Source of the DNA: Candidatus Zixiibacteriota bacterium
GTDB lineage: Bacteria; Zixibacteria; MSB-5A5; GN15; PGXB01
Reading direction: 5' to 3'
Assembly (NCBI GenBank): GCA_041752195.1
Contig: JBGSHP010000011.1
Span: 139,628 to 203,627, forward strand
DNA length: 64,000 nucleotides
This document shows, in pieces, positions 56,606 through 64,000 of the stretch; the stretch's first letter is position 1; the number at the start of each line of letters is the position of its first letter. A model generated the notes under the pieces. It had not been told where the DNA came from. It ran no database searches and worked only from the letters and a program-made list of their open reading frames with translations. Both the position numbers and the translations under genes were made by a program.

Positions 56606-57550
56606 TCAGGAATCGATTTGAGTAAGATGAAAAAGTTTTTCACCGGCCTGGAAGGGATCCGTCCTGTGCTCGAATATCTCACCCACCAGCCTATCCAGGT
56701 CGGCCACCGCATCCAGTTTTTTGATGATTACTTCGTGGACCCGGTCGTGCAGGATATCGAAAATCTTGCGCCGGATCTGCTCCCGGCGGTGTCTCTCAAA
56801 ATGCCCCGTTTGCTTCGAGAAATCCAGATGGGCCAGGATTTTTTCCAGAAGGAGATCGGTGTTTTTATTGTTTATCGCCTCGGTCGGAATAACGGGTATT
56901 TCCCAAATCGACTTTTCCGCTTTCATGTGCAGGACCGATATCAATTCGGCGACGATACTTTCGGACAGAGGTCGATCGGCCTTGTTGATGGCGAAAATAT
57001 CGGCGATTTCCATCAGCCCGGCCTTGAGCGCCTGGATGGCGTCACCCGATTCCGGCACCAGGATGACCACCACCGTATCACAGGTGTTGATTATATCCAG
57101 TTCCACCTGCCCGACCCCGACCGTCTCGATCAGGATATAATCGAAACCGAAAGCATCGAGGGCGATAGTGGCGTTATCCGTGGCCACGGCCAGGCCGCCC
57201 GTGGAACCGCGCGTCGCCATGGAGCGAATAAATACCGAACCGTCCGAGGGCAGGTCCTTCATGCGGATTCTGTCCCCCAGAAGCGCTCCCCCGGTAAAGG
57301 GGGAGGTGGGGTCGACCGCAATTATGCCGATTTTTTTATTTTGGGCCGCCAGAAGTTTGGCCGTGCAATTGACCAGCGAAGATTTCCCCGCTCCCGGGGG
57401 ACCGGTGAAGCCGATCTTAACCGCCCTGCCCGCCCGAGTATAAAGACGGGACAGGAGTTCCTGCCAGCCTTCGTCGGCGTCTTCGATATAAGATATTATC
57501 CGGGCCAGGGCCGCCTGGTCGCCTTCCAGGAATCTTTCCAGAACCGTCAC
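56606..57550 (-). CDS. meaB: Methylmalonyl-CoA mutase-associated G-protein chaperone (MeaB/ArgK).
   Basis: The P-loop GFTGPPGAGKSSLVN is present, together with MeaB-family conservation (IIAVDPTSPFTGGALLGDRIRM, NKAD). Confidence 0.9.
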   Translation of the reverse strand: MTVLERFLEGDQAALARIISYIEDADEGWQELLSRLYTRAGRAVKIGFTGPPGAGKSSLVNCTAKLLAAQNKKIGIIAVDPTSPFTGGALLGDRIRMKDLPSDGSVFIRSMATRGSTGGLAVATDNATIALDAFGFDYILIETVGVGQVELDIINTCDTVVVILVPESGDAIQALKAGLMEIADIFAINKADRPLSESIVAELISVLHMKAEKSIWEIPVIPTEAINNKNTDLLLEKILAHLDFSKQTGHFERHRREQIRRKIFDILHDRVHEVIIKKLDAVADLDRLVGEIFEHRTDPFQAGEKLFHLTQIDS

Positions 57551-57566
57551 CGCTTATCGTCCTTGC

Positions 57567-59309
57567 CTAGTACGCCAGATCTCCGGCGGCGAGACGGATA
57601 TCTTTCAGGCGAAGTTGTATCCGGGTATGGCCGTCCCAGTGATTATATTCGATAACATAGACCAGGTCCACCAGGTTGCCGCGTCCGGAAAGATGATTGA
57701 CCCAGTCGCCGAAACCGAAACCGATAACATCGAAAACCGACTCACCCTTGCGGACCTTCATCTTGAGATGATTTCGGCCGACACAATACGGCTGCCCCAG
57801 GATCTCGCAGTTGCGGGTCAGGAAAACCGGTCTCATGTTTTGCGGCCCGAAGGGGGCAAAAGTCTCGATGGTATCCAGGAGCTTCTCATTTATCTCCGTG
57901 AGTTCGATTTCGGAATCGATATAGAGCTTGGCAATGAGGTCATCCTCGGTCAGAAGATTCTTGGCCACGGCTTTCATGCGTTCGCGAAAGGTCGGTATAT
58001 TATCCGGTGAAATCGTCAGGCCGGCTGCGTATTTATGCCCTCCGAAACGCAGGAGCAGGTCTTCGCAAGCCTTGAGGGCATTGTAGAGATGGAAACCGGG
58101 GATAGACCGGGCCGAACCTTTGGCCTCGGTGCCGTCGACGGCGATCATGATGGTCGGGAGATGGTATTTTTCCACCAGCCGGCTGGCCACGATGCCAATC
58201 ACGCCCTGGTGCCAGCCTTCCGAAGACAGAATCAGGGCCTTGTCATTTTCCAGATCCACGGTCTGGCGGATTTGCTCCAGGGCCTCATTAAGGGTTTTTT
58301 CGTCGATGTTTTTTCGGCGCTGATTTTCTTTGTCCAGGGTGCGGGCGATTTCGGCGGCCAGGCGTTCATCTCTGGTGGTCAACAACTTTATGGCCATGGC
58401 GGCATCGCCCAGGCGGCCGATGGCGTTAATGCGCGGCGCCAGGATAAAAACCACCTGCCCGGTGCCGATTTCCTTGCCCATCAGACCCGAAACAAAGGTG
58501 AGCGATTTCAGGCCCGGTTTGGTCGTCCGGGCAATCTGCTTGATGCCGTGCTTGGTCAGAATCCGGTTTTCACCGATCAGGGGGACAATATCGGCCGATG
58601 TTCCCAGGGCGACCAAATCCAGATGCTCCTGAAGTTCCCGTTCGTCCTGTTGCAGGCGTTCGTATAACGCCTGGGCTAGTTTGTAGGCCACACCTACTCC
58701 CGACAATTCTTCGCAGGCATAGGTGCATTCCTTCTGCTTGGGGTTAACCAGGGCCACCGGATCGGGGAGTATTTCGCCGGGTTCATGGTGGTCGGTTAGA
58801 ATGCAATCGATCCCCTTGGAGCGGGCATATTTGACCTCATCAACGGCCGTGACACCGGTATCCACCGAGACGATGAGCGTGGCTCCTTCGGCGGCGGCAT
58901 AATCGATACCCTCGATTGACAGACCGTACCCTTCAACCAGCCGGTTAGGCAGATAATAGGCAACCTGCGCCCCCAATTTGTTGAGGACCAGGTATAAAAG
59001 CGCCGTGGCGGTGATACCGTCCACATCGTAATCGCCATAAACCATTATCTTCTCGTTTTCGCGCAGAGCCGAGAGAATTCGTTCTACGGCCTTTTCCATG
59101 CCCAGCATGGAAAAAGGATTCTCCAGATCGGATAGACGGGGATTGAGGAATTGCTCAATCGTTTCCGGGGTGTCTATCTGACGGTTGAAAAGAATTTTGA
59201 TAATGGTCTTGTCGAGATGAATCTTGGCGCCGATTTCCTGGACCAAATCGGAATCGGGTTCAGGAGCCACAATCCACTTGAGCGGCACGGATCGCGTGGC
59301 CCAATTCAT
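57567..59309 (-). CDS. recJ: Single-stranded-DNA-specific exonuclease RecJ.
   Basis: A DHH domain (MVYGDYDVDGITATALL, DHH motif TDHH), a DHHA1 domain and a C-terminal OB fold are present. Start at Met 59309 avoids overlap with rnpB. The ORF-track start 59393 would overlap the RNA gene. Confidence 0.9.
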   Translation of the reverse strand: MNWATRSVPLKWIVAPEPDSDLVQEIGAKIHLDKTIIKILFNRQIDTPETIEQFLNPRLSDLENPFSMLGMEKAVERILSALRENEKIMVYGDYDVDGITATALLYLVLNKLGAQVAYYLPNRLVEGYGLSIEGIDYAAAEGATLIVSVDTGVTAVDEVKYARSKGIDCILTDHHEPGEILPDPVALVNPKQKECTYACEELSGVGVAYKLAQALYERLQQDERELQEHLDLVALGTSADIVPLIGENRILTKHGIKQIARTTKPGLKSLTFVSGLMGKEIGTGQVVFILAPRINAIGRLGDAAMAIKLLTTRDERLAAEIARTLDKENQRRKNIDEKTLNEALEQIRQTVDLENDKALILSSEGWHQGVIGIVASRLVEKYHLPTIMIAVDGTEAKGSARSIPGFHLYNALKACEDLLLRFGGHKYAAGLTISPDNIPTFRERMKAVAKNLLTEDDLIAKLYIDSEIELTEINEKLLDTIETFAPFGPQNMRPVFLTRNCEILGQPYCVGRNHLKMKVRKGESVFDVIGFGFGDWVNHLSGRGNLVDLVYVIEYNHWDGHTRIQLRLKDIRLAAGDLAY

Positions 59310-59335
59310 AATGTGTTCCCTTAATTGGGAAGTAG

Positions 59336-59728
59336 AGAAAGAGAGAAATAAGCCGAGTTCTGTTCTCCGCCTTTTGGGCGAAGCCACGGTCATTTATCTG
59401 GGCCGGGCAGTTGCCTGCCGGCTCCAGCGGCCTACCCGAAGATATGGGGCGAGCCGACCCATCTTCTGCTTGGCCTTTCTCCGGGCGGGGTTTACCCCTG
59501 GCGTCGTCGCCGCCGCCAGGCGGGGTCTCTTACACCTCGTTTTAACCCTTACCTTTCCGGTATCCTTTAGAATGCCGGAAATCGGCGGTTTGTTTTCTGT
59601 GGCACTTTCCGTCGGTCTATCCTGGGATAGACCTCCCCCGTGTTACGGGGCGCCCCGGCTCTGTGGAGCTCGGACTTTCCTCACCTTATACTAAGTCATA
59701 TAAAGCGCGACCGTGCTCTCTCTTTCCG
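59336..59728 (-). ncRNA. rnpB: RNase P RNA, bacterial type A.
   Basis: Read on the minus strand, GGUGAGGAAAGUCCGAGCUCCACAG matches the P4 5' strand (E. coli GGAGGAAAGUCCGGGCUCCA). GGGUAAACCCCGCCCGGAG matches GGUAAACUCCACCCGGAG. ACAGAACUCGGCUUA matches the ACAGAACCCGGCUUA P4 3' strand. The P1 helix forms as GAAAGAGAG / CUCUCUUUC. Length is about 390 nt. Confidence 0.9.
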
Positions 59729-59990
59729 TACTTTAGTTTATACTCTATCGTTAACAATAATAATCTAATTTTATCCGGTCGGACATATCCTTCTTGAATA
59801 ATCATATTAATCAATTTCAGGGCGGATATGTTCCTTGTCCATGTTTTTTCGTTTCCCTGCGGCTTCTTCCCGTATCCTACTGATGATGTCGACGATCCCG
59901 ACGGATTCCTTAAACCGTGACATCCCCCGGCCGAACAATTGCCGCTTCGGAAATATTCCCCGGTGACCGATTATATGGCTCGTTCCGAAA

Positions 59991-61457
59991 TTATATCATA
60001 CGGCGGTAGTTGGGAGCTTCCTTGGAGATGGAAACTGAATGGGGATGAGACTCCCGCACTCCCGCCTGACTAATCTTAATAAAAACGGCCTTCTGGTGCA
60101 ATTCATAAATATTGGCGGCCCCGACAATTCCCATCCCGGCTCGAAGGCCCCCCACCAGTTGATAGACGGTGTCGGCCAATTCACCCTTGTAGGGAACCCG
60201 ACCTTCAATTCCTTCCGGGACGAATTTGGATATATCCTCTTCGTGCTCCTGGAAATAGCGGTCACGGCTGCCGGCTTTCATAGCCTCTACCGAACCCATC
60301 CCCCGATAGACCTTAAATGTCCGCCCTTCATAAAGGACCGTTTCTCCCGGGGATTCTTCCGTCCCGGCCAGGAGTGATCCGGCCATAACGGCCATCGCCC
60401 CGGCCGCCAGGGCTTTGACAATATCTCCCGAATAGCGAAGACCGCCATCGGCAACAATGGAAATATTACGGGCGGCGGTCGCCTCCACCGCCTCCAAAAT
60501 GGCTGTAATTTGTGGCACGCCCGCCCCCGTTACGACCCGGGTCGTGCATATGGAGCCGGGACCTATCCCTACTTTGACGCAATCGGCGCCATGATCCACC
60601 AGCGCCTGGGCCCCGTCACGGCTGGCGACATTTCCTCCCATGAGGGATTTATCCGGATATTTTTTCTTTATAAATTCAATGGCCTTTAAGACCCCCCGGG
60701 AATGGCCATGGGAAGAATCTATTACCAGGATATCCACTCCCGCCCGGACGAGAAGATCGGCCCGTTTTTCCAGGTCCTTGGCGACCCCGATCGCGGCCCC
60801 GATCCGAAGGCGACCCAGTTTATCTGTGCAGGCCAGGGGATACTGGATCTTTTTCATGATATCCTTGACGGTAATCATCCCCTTGAGATTATTCTGACCA
60901 TCGACAATGAGGAGTTTTTCGATTCGGTTTTTATGGAGTAATTCCTGGGCCGTATCCAGGTCAATCCCTTCCGGAGCAGTAACCAGGTTATTCTTGGTCA
61001 TAACCTCTGATATGGGCAAATTAACCCGTTTCTGGAAACGCAAATCGCGGTTGGTGAGAATTCCAACCAATTTACCCTCCTGGGTGATGGGAATCCCGGA
61101 AATATGGAATTTCTTCATTACTGCCAGGGCTTCGCCCAGGGGCCTGTCCGGGGGAAGGGTGATGGGGTCGACAATCATGCCTGATTCCGAGCGTTTGACT
61201 TTATCGACTTCCGCGGCCTGATCCTCCGGCGTGAGATTTTTGTGAATAATTCCGATTCCACCCTGGCGGGCTATGGCTATACCCATGCGGTATTCCGTGA
61301 CGGTATCCATGGCGGCCGAAAGGATGGGGATATTCAGATTGATATCCGATGTCAACCGGGTGGAAATATCCACCTCGCGGGGTAGGACCTCGGAATATTG
61401 CGGCATCAGGAGAACATCATCGAAAGTGACGCCTTCTTTGTGAAAAAAACTGCTCAT
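59991..61457 (-). CDS. guaB: Inosine-5'-monophosphate dehydrogenase.
   Basis: A TIM-barrel with inserted tandem CBS domains is present, with the catalytic Cys loop ([11 protein letters not shown]). The N-terminus reads [19 protein letters not shown]. Confidence 0.95.
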   Translation of the reverse strand: MSSFFHKEGVTFDDVLLMPQYSEVLPREVDISTRLTSDINLNIPILSAAMDTVTEYRMGIAIARQGGIGIIHKNLTPEDQAAEVDKVKRSESGMIVDPITLPPDRPLGEALAVMKKFHISGIPITQEGKLVGILTNRDLRFQKRVNLPISEVMTKNNLVTAPEGIDLDTAQELLHKNRIEKLLIVDGQNNLKGMITVKDIMKKIQYPLACTDKLGRLRIGAAIGVAKDLEKRADLLVRAGVDILVIDSSHGHSRGVLKAIEFIKKKYPDKSLMGGNVASRDGAQALVDHGADCVKVGIGPGSICTTRVVTGAGVPQITAILEAVEATAARNISIVADGGLRYSGDIVKALAAGAMAVMAGSLLAGTEESPGETVLYEGRTFKVYRGMGSVEAMKAGSRDRYFQEHEEDISKFVPEGIEGRVPYKGELADTVYQLVGGLRAGMGIVGAANIYELHQKAVFIKISQAGVRESHPHSVSISKEAPNYRRMI

Positions 61458-61458
61458 A

Positions 61459-62181
61459 TTACTCGCTTAAGCCGTCCTGCCAGACCAGGAGCCGGCCGCA
61501 ATTATCGCAAATTATAATTTGATCACCACGTTTAAGTTCCTGGACGCGATGCGGCGGCAGGCCTTTGAAACAGGCGCCACAGGCTCTTTTTCTAACCGGT
61601 ACCACCACCGAACCGCCCCGGCTTTTTCGAACCCGTTCGTATATCGACATGGTTCGCTTGGGGATGCGAACCTCGATATTATGGCGTTCGTCCTGCTTAA
61701 TCTTGATTTTAGTGCCGACCGAATCCATTTTTTCCTGAAGAATATCCAGTTGCTGGGAATTTAAGCTCTTGGCTTCTTCCGCCCGTTTTTTATATTCTTC
61801 TATGTTGGTGGATAGAGCTTCGATTTTTTCTATAGTATCCAGTAAGAGCGACTCCTTTGTATTAATGGCTTCCTTGACGGTGTCCATTTGAGCCACGAGC
61901 GCATCATATTCGCGATTGGTCTTAATAGCCATCATTTGACCCTGGAGTTTTTTCAAATTTTCCTGAAGCGAAGAGACTTCCAGTTCCAGGCTGCTCTGGC
62001 TGACCTTGGCCTCGGATAACTCGCCGGAAGTATTGCTGTAAAGCCGCTCGGATTCTTCCAGTTCCTTCCTTAAATTTTCCATCATATCGGGAATGTACTC
62101 CTTGGAACGTTCCAGTTCGCCCAAATCGTAATCGATTCCCTGCATTTGCATCAAAAGTTCCAGATCTTCTTTAATGGTCAC
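61459..62181 (-). CDS. Zinc-ribbon-domain coiled-coil protein (COG1579 / C4-type zinc ribbon, DUF164-like).
   Basis: A long heptad-rich coiled coil is followed by C-terminal CGACFKGL....CDNCGRLL, giving four Cys. There is a 1-nt gap to guaB. Confidence 0.7.
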   Translation of the reverse strand: MTIKEDLELLMQMQGIDYDLGELERSKEYIPDMMENLRKELEESERLYSNTSGELSEAKVSQSSLELEVSSLQENLKKLQGQMMAIKTNREYDALVAQMDTVKEAINTKESLLLDTIEKIEALSTNIEEYKKRAEEAKSLNSQQLDILQEKMDSVGTKIKIKQDERHNIEVRIPKRTMSIYERVRKSRGGSVVVPVRKRACGACFKGLPPHRVQELKRGDQIIICDNCGRLLVWQDGLSE

Positions 62182-62351
62182 TGCTCACCCCGCGAAAAAT
62201 CACCCATAAAACGAAAGGCGCAGTCCCTTTTTAAATCCAGGACTGCGCCATATTTTACCCTGTGACAGGATTTAGTTTTTTTAATTGCCCTTGTGTGACG
62301 GCTTCCCGCACTCATAACATTTATATCGGACAACTTACGTTTCCTTTTAAC

Positions 62352-62426
62352 TGGGCAATACTGGATTTGAACCAGTGACCTTTCGGATGTGAACCGAACG
62401 CTCTAAACCAACTGAGCTAATTGCCC
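62352..62426 (-). tRNA. tRNA-Val (anticodon CAC).
   Basis: On the minus strand the sequence is GGGCAATTAGCTCAGTTGGTTTAGAGCGTTCGGTTCACATCCGAAAGGTCACTGGTTCAAATCCAGTATTGCCCA. It has a 7-bp acceptor stem, a GCTC/GAGC D-stem, TTCGG/CCGAA anticodon stem and ACTGG/CCAGT T-stem. CCA is not encoded. Confidence 0.9.
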
Positions 62427-62447
62427 AATAGTTTTCAAATATCATTT

Positions 62448-62521
62448 TGGGCCCACCAGGACTTGAACCTGGGACCCGCTGATTATGAGTCAGCTGCTCT
62501 AACCAACTGAGCTATGGGCCC
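62448..62521 (-). tRNA. tRNA-Met with anticodon CAT. A tRNA-Ile2 read via lysidine cannot be excluded.
   Basis: On the minus strand the sequence is GGGCCCATAGCTCAGTTGGTTAGAGCAGCTGACTCATAATCAGCGGGTCCCAGGTTCAAGTCCTGGTGGGCCCA. The cloverleaf is canonical. The anticodon stem is not of the initiator type. Confidence 0.85.
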
Positions 62522-62822
62522 AATAGGTAATCTATTATATTAATAAAACATGTCCCGGCCGTCAAGCCCATTATTATATTTATCCGCATCCGCGAGGTTA
62601 GTGAACCACAGCAATTTCGGATAAGTTTTTTGCAGTCCAGCCGCTGAATTCCAATCAATTGCCAAAACCCCCTGCAAAGTAAGTGTTGAATTCTTCAAAA
62701 TCCCGATAAGTAATGAAACAGAATACGCCCGGGGCTCGTCATAGAGAAAGAAGAATTGGCAATACTTTTTGTCATTTCGTTTTTTTCTCAACCATCCAAA
62801 ACCTTATTTCGGGAGGTGACAG

Positions 62823-64000
62823 ATGATCATCGGAAGATACTACCGTCTTCCCACCGCGCTAATGCTGGTCACGCTCCTGGCCCTCCTCGTGGCTCCGGCA
62901 GAATTGTTGGGCTACCCTCAAACAGGCTCAACGGCAATGCCCGCCTATGAAAACCACTCCTTGATGCTGGTTAAAAACCTTCCTCCGGACCGGCTTCAAC
63001 AATTTCTGTCCCAGGGATTTGATATTGCCCGTATTTTGCAGGAAGGGGATATGGAGGTGGTGGCTGTACCTCGCGACAGGGACCGCCTTCTGGCCGACTG
63101 GGATGCCTCGGTATTAATCGAAAATATGGAGGAGTACTACCGTCAGGGATTGGATCCCACGAAATTAATGGGCGGTTACAAGACATACGCTGAAATCGAT
63201 GCCGCCCTGCAGGCGATTGCCCAGAATTATCCTAATCTGACTCATCTGGATACGATTGGATATACTCTGGAAGGTCGCCCCATTTTCGCCATTAAACTCT
63301 CCGATAATCCTCATATCGATGAAGACGAAGCGGAAGTGATGATTAACGGGATGATCCATGCCCGCGAGCCCATTACCATGGAGATATGCTTTTATATAAT
63401 AAATTATCTCCTGGGGCGATACGGCCTCATCCCCGATATCACGAATCTGGTTGACAACACCGAAACCTGGTTTGTGCCCATAATAAACCCCGACGGCTAC
63501 GTCTATAATGAGAGCACAAATCCCGGCGGCGGCGGCATGTGGCGAAAAAACCGTCGGGAGAACGGCGACGGCAGCCGGGGCGTGGATCTGAACCGCAATT
63601 GGGGCTATGAATGGGGATATAATAATACCGGGTCATCTCCTCGCGGGGCCGAGGAAGTATACCGTGGGGCCGGTCCCTTTTCCGAGCCGGAGACACAGGT
63701 GATGCGGGACTTCATTAATTCCCATGATTTCGCCAACATTATCAATTGCCATGCTTATGGGAATTATTATATTTCGGCCTTCGGTTTTCTGGAGGGATTG
63801 CCCCCGGCCGATCGCCCCAAAATATTAGCCATGCAAAACGCCGTGGCCGCCCATAACGGCTATTTTTCTGTTCAATGGCCGGGGGACCTTAACGGCGGCG
63901 CCTGCGATTGGCAATACGGGGAACAGACCAGCAAGAGGAAAAACTTTACCACGCTGGTGGAAGTCGGCGCCGAGTTCTGGCCCCCCACCGAGCAGATACC
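62823..64000 (+). CDS. Peptidase M14 (zinc carboxypeptidase)-family secreted protein. The 3' end is truncated by the window edge.
   Basis: A GGGAGG Shine-Dalgarno precedes a signal peptide (TALMLVTLLALLVAPA). M14 motifs are present: the HxxE zinc site (INGMIHAREP), NPDGY and NRNW. There is no stop before position 64000. Confidence 0.85.
   Translation, partial: MIIGRYYRLPTALMLVTLLALLVAPAELLGYPQTGSTAMPAYENHSLMLVKNLPPDRLQQFLSQGFDIARILQEGDMEVVAVPRDRDRLLADWDASVLIENMEEYYRQGLDPTKLMGGYKTYAEIDAALQAIAQNYPNLTHLDTIGYTLEGRPIFAIKLSDNPHIDEDEAEVMINGMIHAREPITMEICFYIINYLLGRYGLIPDITNLVDNTETWFVPIINPDGYVYNESTNPGGGGMWRKNRRENGDGSRGVDLNRNWGYEWGYNNTGSSPRGAEEVYRGAGPFSEPETQVMRDFINSHDFANIINCHAYGNYYISAFGFLEGLPPADRPKILAMQNAVAAHNGYFSVQWPGDLNGGACDWQYGEQTSKRKNFTTLVEVGAEFWPPTEQI

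Noticed and set aside
56618-57655. A 345-aa plus-strand ORF.
   Set aside because: It is antisense to meaB, whose P-loop and family motifs are unambiguous. No Shine-Dalgarno precedes it, and its composition is typical of a reverse frame.
1-64000. CRISPR arrays, rRNA genes, transposases and integrases.
   Set aside because: Visual inspection found no evenly spaced direct repeats with unique spacers, no rRNA-like conserved blocks, and no transposase or integrase-like ORFs. The only mobile-DNA signature is the compositionally atypical mrr insert.

Overview
This 64 kb window comes from a roughly 57% GC Gram-negative bacterium. Gene content suggests the FCB superphylum or a related candidate phylum: several secreted proteins end in type IX secretion (T9SS) C-terminal sorting domains, and LpxC and FabZ are fused.

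From start to end the window contains:
- Two DegT-family sugar aminotransferases.
- A T9SS cargo protein.
- A compact minus-strand operon, fabZ/lpxC, lpxA, a Gfo/Idh/MocA oxidoreductase, lpxB, waaA, lpxK, nadB and guaA, which together form a lipid A / Kdo core locus.
- A small regulatory module: a sigma-70 region-4-like HTH/zinc protein and an RHH-like ORF, divergent from a tiny 2-TM peptide coupled to a CPBP intramembrane protease.
- A secreted FG-GAP/PKD protein with dockerin-like C-terminal repeats, a second T9SS cargo protein, and a DUF5916/CBM9-like protein.
- An operon encoding a novel GxDxY beta-solenoid secreted protein, a HEAT-repeat protein, a YprB-like exonuclease with TPR repeats, and an HDOD protein.
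- An operon of NfeD, flotillin and a divergent beta-carbonic-anhydrase-like protein.
- A type IV pilin locus: a PilR-like sigma-54 activator, two tandem pilins with candidate sigma-54 promoters, and a downstream GT-C-like DUF2723/TPR membrane protein plus a SAM methyltransferase.
- A translationally coupled DUF169 / URO-D-like pair.
- A second tiny 2-TM peptide coupled to a BlaI/CopY-type repressor, followed by a bitopic membrane protein with a C-terminal zinc ribbon.
- A large minus-strand propionate / methylmalonyl-CoA operon: carboxyltransferase, biotin carboxylase, BCCP, two paralogous mutase catalytic subunits, one B12-binding subunit, meaB, epimerase, an acyl-CoA dehydrogenase and an MBL hydrolase. 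A low-GC mrr restriction gene is inserted into it. Between meaB and the mutase lie genes for tiny polycationic proteins built on tandem repeats.
- Finally recJ, RNase P RNA (rnpB, not in the ORF track), guaB, a zinc-ribbon coiled-coil protein, tRNA-Val, tRNA-Met and a partial M14 carboxypeptidase.

Many long ORFs in the supplied track lie antisense to, or out of frame with, these genes and are treated as spurious.
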